NCBI GenBank assembly: GCA_964016885.1
Contig: OZ024740.1
Coordinates: forward strand, 105,958,001 to 106,022,000
Direction of reading: 5' to 3'
Length of the DNA: 64,000 nucleotides
Origin: Eledone cirrhosa
Taxonomy: Eukaryota
In this document: one piece after another, positions 55,401 through 64,000 of the stretch
Position numbering within the stretch: position 1 is the first letter of the stretch
How the letters are laid out: each line of letters starts with the position of its first letter
Translations under genes and position numbers: made by a program
The notes under the pieces: generated by a model
What the model was told of the DNA's origin: nothing
Seen by the model: the letters and a program-made list of their open reading frames with translations, nothing else
The model's database searches: none

Positions 55401-56020
55401 CTGTGGCTCACATTGTGTCCGAGTGTAAACACCTGGCCCAGACCCACTATAAGGGCTGGAGACACGATGTGATGGGCAGGGTGATCCACTGGCACCTGTG
55501 CAAAGTAAACAATTTACCACATTCTGAGAAATGGTATGAGCATAGGCCAGAGGCGGTGATGGAGAACAATCAGGTGAAGGTGCTGGGGGATTTTAGGATA
55601 CAGACGGACAAAAAACTGTAACACAATAGACCTGACCTGCTGGTTGTGGACAAAGAAAAAAGATCGTGTCTGATTGTGGATGTGGCCTGCCCGTTCGACA
55701 CGAGAGTGCAAGAGAAGGAGAGGGAGAAAATTAACCGATACCAGGACCTAAAGTGGGAGGTGAAAAGGATTTGGAACTGCCATGAAGTCAAAGTGATCCC
55801 GATTGTCATAGGCGCACTGGGGACTATCTCCAAAAGTTTCCAGGGATGGTTAAAGAAAATCGGCCCCTTCACGCTTTTTGGAACGCTTCAAAAAGCATGC
55901 TTGCTTGCAACAGCAAGAACCCTCCGATACGTCCTGAATATCTGAGGCTGCAGGTAGTGGCTTGATATTCAATCCAACGGACTTTCCAGTTAACCAACAT
56001 CAATGACTGAGTTTCAAGGA
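52425..56020 (+). mobile_element. Near full-length R4/Dong-type element (family A); single ORF 52554-55945 disrupted
   Basis: N-terminal WTKELNRTVMQCY motif, RT, CCHC and RLE. Stops at 53427, 54291 and 55619; frameshift at ~54865. (TAA)n at the 3' end. Nearly identical to 49122-51445. 5' boundary approximate. Confidence 0.92.
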
Positions 56021-56031
56021 ATAACAACAAC

Positions 56032-56072
<41 letters not shown>

Positions 56073-56075
<3 letters not shown>

Positions 56076-57835
56076 TTTCTTTATTAACCACAAGGGTTTA
56101 CATAAAGTAGACATTAAGGACAGTGCAGGACAATGCAGGACGGTACAAATGGGCATTTCTGCGTGTAAAAAAAACAAAAACAGAGGATGTAACAAAAATA
56201 ACAATGAAAATAACAATGAAAAATTCCCCAATAGGGGGGAGACTTCGGAGGGACATTTGTGGAGAAAGCCCAGTAAAAAGCCACAATGACCCTGACCACC
56301 AAGGCAAGTGCCCTCTCCCAGTTTTCCACCTTTAGTTTACAGATATATACTCAGAGTCGGCCCATTCACTCGGGCCATTCTTGCTTCTCTCACCCATCTT
56401 TCAACAAAATGCTGGGAAGAGAGCACTTCCTTCTCTACTCTGATTTTCCTTTTCAAATGAAATTTGAAAAAGTCAATCAGAGCATCACCGAAGAGGTAAG
56501 TGCTCGTCTTCAGCCCTTTCAAACGTGTCCACCATACTATCTCTTTCGCCATGGCCACCAGACAGATAAAAACTGCCTGCCCTTCCCGGCTAAAGGAGGA
56601 GGGCGGGGCAATCCTCACGATAGACTCAGATGATAGCTGGATCCGTCCTAAACGCGACAGCAGGTGTTCGACATAAACCCACAAGTCAGCAATTTTCGGA
56701 CACTGGACGAGTGCGTGCAGGACGGTTTCGTCGCCCTGCGCGCATCTCGGACATGCCCGGCTGACGGCACCTCCATGCCTGTAGAGTTTATCCCGAACTG
56801 GCAAGGCTCCTCGGTAGCACTGCCAGGCCAGAGATTTCTGGAAGTTGTCCATAGGCCCCGGCCCGAAAGTTCTTCCGAAGAGATTGGCTAGTTGATTTTC
56901 GTCGACGCCTAGAGTTTCCCCAAGTACGTCGTCGCTCTTCCCCTCCACTAATCCTCTATAGAACGCCGAGGTGGAGTTTCCACCGATCACATTGCCCGAT
57001 TGGTCGAGGGCTGTGAGCGCCTGAAGACATTCCAGTCTCCAGGCGCTCCCTCTCGGTCTTCGCTTGACCCAGGACTGCAGCTCCGTCAAGGAAACGAGCT
57101 GGGGAAAAACGCGTCTAGCAAACGGCGACCACACCTGATCACCGTCGAGGAAGAGGTGGAGATGTCGTAGCCTGAGCGCGTGCCTGCGCATCATCAGCCA
57201 CGGCATGCCCAGCCCTCCACGTAGCGGGTGTTGACAACAGATGGACCGCCTGACCATCGGAGCACGTCCCTTCCACAAAAAGCGAAAGAGCAAACGCTCC
57301 AGCGCAGTCAGGCGAGGCTTAGGACAAGGTACGACGGTTAGGCGGTAGCAGATGACAGACGCGATGTACGCGTTAGCCACCTCCGCTCGACCTTTCAGGG
57401 ATAGCTTCCTCTCCGCCCATTTCTGGGTGAGAGAAGCCACCCTGCTCGTCACCTCGTCCCAGTTTTTGTCCGTCTGGAGGTCCGGACCGAACCAGACCCC
57501 TAGCAATTTAACCGGTCCGTCCGTCCAGCGCCCGACGACGCTGTTGGACGGCATGGACCTGCCTCTCCAGGTGCCGAGCTGCAGGCCCACTGACTTTTCC
57601 TGGTTGATCATTGCTCCTGTCACCGCTTCGTATTCTCTTAGTGTAGTGCCGATCGCCTCGATGTGTTTGGCGTTCGACACCACTACGGTGACATCGTCCG
57701 CATATGCTGACACGGATCTTCCGCATCCTAGTTCGCGCGGGACTCCCCTCAACGTCTCCAGTTTGTGCAGTAATGGCTCGAGAGTCAATACGTACAAGAG
57801 GGACGAGAGGGGACATCCTTGGCGGACCGAGCGCT
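56073..57835 (-). mobile_element. 5'-truncated L1/Tx1-like LINE (RT C-terminal half + zf-RVT + 3'UTR)
   Basis: RQGCPLS, AYADD, VKLLGVWF, LSLKGR, GGLG, CPRC..ETVLHALVQC. ORF 56337-57797 is open. aataaa precedes an (ATT)n tail; (TAA)n also at the 5' junction. Confidence 0.9.
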
Positions 57836-57849
57836 AATAATAATAATAA

Positions 57850-58386
57850 CCACCTCCCATACTTGAAAAAGATCACATCTCAATCTTGTGGAACTTTAGC
57901 ATCCAAACAGACCGAAAAATAGATGCAAATAGACCTGATATAATATTGAAGGACTTTCAAAGGAGGGTATGCCTGCTAATTGATGTCTGTTCCAATAGAC
58001 AAGAATGTATCTATAAAAACATTTGAAAAATTGAGCAAGTATAAGGACCTGGAGATAGAAATTGGAAAAATGTGGAAATTGAGAACTAAAACAATACCAG
58101 TGGTTGTAGGCGCTCTGGGAATGATACCTAAGGGGTCTAACGACTACATATCGCAAATCCCAGGAAACCCGCGTATAGGAGAAATACAAAAGATAGTACT
58201 AATGGGAACTGCCCATATACTAAGGAAGATCCTGTCAATATAAGTACATCACAAGTCTAAACACTAAGGATGCATGTGTGAATATGTATGTTCTTTCTTG
58301 AACATGGCGGACCTTGTTGTCTCTTGAGGTCACTGGTTGTGACTTGGTGATAACTCGTATGAACATAAAGCAAGATAAATGCAACT

Positions 58387-58390
<4 letters not shown>
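57850..58390 (+). mobile_element. 3' fragment (RLE domain + 3'UTR) of an R4/Dong-type element, probably family B
   Basis: LWNFSIQTDRKIDANRPDII...D.SVP...EKLSKYKDL...IPVVVGALG; (TAA)n on both sides. No overlap with the family B copies, so the family call is inferred. Confidence 0.85.
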
Positions 58391-58418
<28 letters not shown>

Positions 58419-59057
58419 CACCCCGTGACCAAGAAATACCGGGATGGCGGCCGGCGGGAAATAGGCGTGTCTCTAGGGTAGAACGACCCCTCTAGTCTTG
58501 GTTGACACTCGTTCTAGAAGTGGTAACACGAAATGATTACCCCTTGGCGGATAAGGATAAAACGAGACAAAATAAATTTAATGTCTAATGATAAAATCTC
58601 ATACCGGATCGGCCGTCATCCGGGTAAAAAAGGGCCGCGTCCCTCAGAGAGGAACCAGACTGGGGTCGAAAAATCAGCTAATGGTTCAAACCTTCCCATC
58701 ACTTCGGAGGTGGACACCTCCCATAACCGGAATACTCCTACTGTTGGCCCTCCATGCTCACCACCAAGAAATCCAAAGAAAAAGAGAGAAAAATGGTCAA
58801 GGGAAGATAATAAAGAAGTCCTTGAGGCTTTCTACACTGCCATGTACCACCCATCAAATACATCGAATACAGAACAGACATATATCAACTGTAAAAAGAA
58901 ACATCCCGAAAACAGAGGCTATATTGACAGTAACAAACTAGCCAATATACGAAGAAATATTGTAAGAAAAAAGTTACTAACTGATATAGAAATTGATCAG
59001 ATCAAGCTATTAGCACAAAGTCAGTGAAGGGAAAATGAAACATGGGTCAGTGAAAAC
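58419..59057 (+). mobile_element. 5' end of R4/Dong family B, truncated by fusion to the Tx1-like copy
   Basis: Near-identical to 61298-61936; directly follows (TAA)n. Confidence 0.88.
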
Positions 59058-60440
59058 GTGTAAAAAAAACAGAGGATGAAATAAAATAACAAAGAAAAAT
59101 TCCCCAATAGGGGGTTGACTTCCGAGGGACATTTGTGGAGAAAGCCCATTAAAAGACCACAGTGGCCCTGACCACCAGGGCAAGTGCCCTCTCCCAGTTT
59201 TCCACCTTTAATTTACAGACACATACTCAGAGAAGGCCCATTCATTCGGGCCATACTTGCTTCTCGCACCCATCTTTCAACAAAATGCTGGGAAGAGAGC
59301 ACTTCCCTCTCTACCCTGATTTTCCTTTTCAAATGAAATTTGAAAAAGTTAATCAGGGCATCACCGAAGAGGTAAGTGCTCGTCTTCAGCCCTTTCAAAC
59401 GTGTCCACCATACTATATCTTTCGCCATGGCCACCAGACAGATAAAAACTGCCTGCCCTTCCCGGCTAAAGGAAGAGGGCGGGGCAATCCTCACGATGGA
59501 CTCAGCTGATAGCTGGATCCGTCCTACACGTGACAGCAGGTGTTCGACATAAACCCACAAGTCAGCAATGCTCGGACACTGGACGAGTGCGTGCAGGACG
59601 GTTTCGTCGCCCTGTGCGCATCTCGGACATTCCCGGCTGACGGCACCTCCATGCCTGTAAAGTTTATCCCGAACTGGCAAAGCACCCCGGTAGCACTGCC
59701 AGGCCAGGTATTTCTGGAAGTTGTCCATAGGCCCCGGCCCGAAAGTCCTTCCGAAGAGATTGGCTAGTTGATTTTCGTCGACGCCTAGAGTTTCTCCAAG
59801 TACGTCGTCGCTCTTCCCCTCCACTAATCCCCTATAGAACGCCAAGGTGGAGTTTCCACCGATCACATTGCCCGATTGGTCGAGGGCTGTGAGCGCCTGA
59901 AGACATTCCAGTCTCCAAGCGCTCCCTCTCGGTCTTCGCTTGACCCAGGACTGCAGCTCCGTCAAGGAGACGAGCTGGGGAAAAACGTGTCTAGCAAACG
60001 GCGACCACACCTGATCACCGTCGAGGAAGACGTGGAGATGTCGTAGCCTGAGCGCGTGTCTGCGCATCATCAGCCACGGCATGCCCAGCCCTCCACGTAG
60101 CGGGTATTGACAGCAGATGGACCGCCTGACCATCGGAGCGCGTCCCTTCCACAAAAAGCGAAAGAGAAAACGCTCCAGCGCAGTCAGGCGAGGCTTAGGA
60201 CAAGGTACGACGGTCAGGCGGTAGTAGATGACGGACGCGATGTACGCTTTAGCCACCTCCGCTCGACCTTTCAGGGATAGCTTCCTCTCGGCCCATTTCT
60301 GGGTGAGAGAAGCCACCCTGCTCGTCACCTCGTCCCAGTTTTTGTCCGTCTGGAGGTCTGGACCGAATCAGACCCCTAGCAATTTAACCGGTCCGTCCGT
60401 CCAGCGCCCGACGACGCTGTTGGACGGCATGGACCTGCCT
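59058..60440 (-). mobile_element. Second L1/Tx1-like copy, truncated at both ends
   Basis: Paralog of 56163-57563; ORF 59213-60328; (ATA)n at the 5' junction 60441-60460. Confidence 0.9.
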
Positions 60441-61297
60441 ATAATAATAATAATAATAATAAAGAAATAAAAAGAAAATGGTTATAAATGGGAAAAAAGC
60501 ACCCGCTGTCTACACTATATGGAACAACCAAATAACAGCAAGTTCACCAACACCAGAAACTTGATACACCACCTATCCCATCACACTAAATGTAACAGTC
60601 AGATAACGGCAATTTCACCAGCATCATAATAATAATTACTATCATTATTGTCTCTACCAGTAATGTACTGGGTAATTGCTGGCCTTGTGCCAAAAGTAGA
60701 AACAATTATTGTCTCAAATTTTAAAAAAGTTTTTAATTCCAATTTGGGGGAATATGTCAACACAAAATATAATAAAAATATATATTAAACATACGAACAT
60801 AAACTCATAGATACTACATATCAGTAACCACAACGCCACCGCTGCCACCACCCCACCCCATCCATCATTGCTACCACTATCCCATCGTCGCCGCCACCAC
60901 TCCTTCAATGCTACCACCACTATTCCCCTGTTAACTTGAGAGAGAAAGGGGAAGGTGGCGGTATCACTAGACAAGGGAGAGGATAGTAAAAGATATAAAT
61001 AGGTTGACTTAGTGACCTGGCCACCGGCCAAACGTCAACATCAACAACTATGGGTCTGCTGGCTCACCCCTTCCTCACCAACAATATAAAAAGCCCCGGC
61101 ACCACCACCGACATAGCCAACAACAATAACAGCCAACTACAACAAAAAGTATATTATATTATTGTAATGCACTGGGTGATTGCTGGCCTTGTGCCTGGAG
61201 TGGAGACAATTATTAATAATTTCATTCTTAAGCCACGCAATGCTCACATTAAGGAACCACTCATGATAATAACAATTAAAAAAAACAACATAAAGAA

Positions 61298-64000
61298 ACC
61301 CCGTGACCAAGAAATACCGGGATGGCGGCCGGCGGGGAATAGCCGTATCTCTAGGGGAGAACGACCCCTCTAGTCTTGGTTGACACTCGTTCTAGAAGTG
61401 GTAACACGAAATGATTACCCCTTGGCGGATAAGGATAAAACGCGACAAAATAAAGTAAATGTCTAATGATAAAATCTCATACCGGATCGGCCGTCACCCG
61501 GGTAAAAAAGGGCCGCGTCCCTCAGAGAGGAACCAGACTGGGGTCGAAAAATCAGCTAATGGTTCAAACCTTCCCATCACTTCGGAGCTGGACACCTCCC
61601 ATAACCGGAATACTCCTACTGTTGGCCCTCCATGCTCACCACCAAGAAATCCAAAGAAAAAGAGACAAAAATGGTCAAGGGAAGATAATAAAGAAGTCCT
61701 TGAGGCTTTCTACACTGCCATGTACTACCCATCAAATACATCGAATACAGAACAGACATATATCAACTGTAAAAAGAAACATCCCGAAAACAGAGGCTAT
61801 ATTGACAGTAACAAACTAGCCAATATACGAAGAAATATTGTAAGAAAAAAGTTACTAACTGATATAGAAATTGATCAGATCAAGCTATTAGCACAAGGTC
61901 AGCGAAGTGAAAATGAAACATGTGTCAGTGAAAACGAGGTAAACTGTAACACTTCGAACCCCAGGGTTGGGGTGGAATCACTGGCAACAGAACAAATTAA
62001 AGAAAGGATCGAAAAAGTGGAGGGAGTGCATGCTCAAGATGAAACTCCAAATGAAAATAATGAGATCGTAAATGATAAAGAAATGAATGAGAATGAACTT
62101 GCCAACTTGAAGGATGAAATTATGATCGAATGGATGAAAATGAAAGAATCTGACATGGGGCAACGAGACACCCTCCCTAAGATCCAGAACTCCAAACAGA
62201 ACCAAAAGAAAATACACAAGACTAACATAATTCTCAAAAACATTATCATCACAAACAAACTAAACATTACTGATTTAAATCATCTCTATTATGCATCGGC
62301 TAAAGTCAACACTCACTTATGTGGAGTGAAGATGAAAAAACAAAGGAATTCCCACAAGAAATCTACTTGGCAAGAGAACATCAATCGCCAAATAAACCTT
62401 CTCCGATCTGACATAGAAATTTTAACAAACTATAAAGTAGGTGAACATGTTAAACAAACTAAACTTAGAAAATTGAAAAAAAAGTACAGTGTAAAATCAA
62501 CATGTGACATAGACATGCTGATAGAAATAATCAAGCAAAAAGTGTCGGCCAAAGCTGCTCGTATAAGGCGCTTTGAAAAACGATCTAGATTCTATAAGGA
62601 CAATAATATGTTCAAAAACAACCAAAGAAACTTCTACAGAAAAATTGGTAAGTCAACAATAACTGCTAAATCAATACCACCCAAGGAGGAAGCGCAAGAT
62701 TTCTGGGAAAAGATCTGCGCCGAAGAAAAAGTTCATAACATACATGCCCCATGGATAGACAGACAAATGAAAGATACAGCTCACCTTGAGGAAAAAACAT
62801 GGGAAAATATAACAGTTGAACAGTTGCGCTTGGCTCTAAGAAAAACCAGCAAATGGAAATCCCCAGGAAAAGACAAAATACAAAACTTTTGGATAAATGC
62901 CTTCACAGAATCTCATGAGCTGTTAGCCCAACTTTACAATGAAATAGTTAAGGAGCCAGAAAAGATACCATCATGGCTAGTTAACGGCATTACATTCCTG
63001 CTTCCGAAGAATGATGAGACAAACAATCCCCAAAATTACAGACCGATAACTTGCTTGACCACAATGTATAATATTTTAACATCAGTCCTAACTGAATACA
63101 CATATGACCACCTGATGACAAATGACCTATTTCCCATTGAGCAGAAAGAGTGTAAACGAGGCTCATATGGCTGTAAGGATCAGCTTCTGGTTAACAAAAT
63201 GATACTGGAAGATTGTCATAATAGACACAAAAATCTATCGATTTCTTGGATAGATTATAAAAAAGCATTCGATAGTTTGCCACACAGTTGGATTGAAAAA
63301 TGTTGAGAGATTTTCAAAATATCCCCCGTTGTCAGGAGGTTTTTGTCATTCAGTATGAAGACATGAAAAACGACACTCCTTTTGAATAGTGACACAAAAT
63401 CACTGGAAGCTGGAGAAGTTAATATTAATTGTGGAATTTTTCAGGGTGACTCTTTATCACCGCTTTTATTCTGCATCGCACTTATACCATTAAGTAAAAT
63501 GCTCAATGAAACAAAAGATGGATATAAAGTCTATGACAAAACCATTAATCACCTGTTCTACATGGATGACCTGAAACTATTTGCAAAAAATGATGAACAA
63601 TTGAAAGGGCTATTATCCACTGTGAAGCAGTTCAGTGATGACATTAAAATGGAGTTTGGACTAGATAAATGCGCCAAAGCAACGTTCACCAGAGGAAAGC
63701 TGCTGAAGAGTTCAGACATTAATCTTGATCGGGGGAACGTGATAAGAGAACTTGATCCAGAAGAAACTTACAAATATCTAGGTGTTTGTGAAGGAGACGG
63801 AATCAAGCACTCGGCAATGAGGGAAAGGATAAGGAAGGAATGTTACCGCAGAGTAAGAGCAATCTTAAGAACGGAATTGAATGCAAGGAATAGGATCGAT
63901 GCAATAAACATGCTTGCCATACCAGTAGTAACCTACAGTAAACAATGTCATCAACTGGTCAAGCACAGAGATCCGTAGGCTCGATACAAAATTCGAAAAT
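61298..64000 (+). mobile_element. R4/Dong-type element family B; ORF from 61459, runs off the window
   Basis: [49 protein letters not shown]. Stops at 63304 and 63364; frameshift at ~63940. Confidence 0.92.

Noticed and set aside
49026-55872. Antisense ORFs overlapping the Dong elements
   Set aside because: Shadow frames of the LINE ORF with no independent motifs.

Overview
Eukaryotic, AT-rich, microsatellite-dense DNA with no recognisable host protein-coding gene. The SINE families look like ones I recall from octopus/cephalopod genomes; that taxonomic call is an inference. Protein-coding content is all decayed mobile elements: one mariner with ~100-bp TIRs (15.6-16.9 kb), an RTE-like LINE remnant (22 kb), and a nested stack at 49-64 kb. 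The stack holds two families of R4/Dong-type RLE LINEs (+ strand) and a L1/Tx1-like LINE (- strand), nearly all joined at (TAA)n tracts. Non-coding elements include many tRNA-headed SINEs, Tc1/mariner MITEs and non-autonomous Helitrons. The main signal missed by the ORF track is a dense set of type I hammerhead ribozyme (HHR) motifs between 10 and 48 kb: stem I-CTGANGA-stem II-GAAA-short or palindromic stem III-NUH-stem I'. I count about a dozen, from several unrelated sequence families. They sit in short non-coding elements, mostly beside (TA)n tracts, arranged either as outward-facing inverted repeats or as partial tandem units of 0.3-0.76 kb. This fits non-autonomous Penelope-like elements (PLEs) or retrozyme-like RNAs. 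All folds were read by eye and none is tested.
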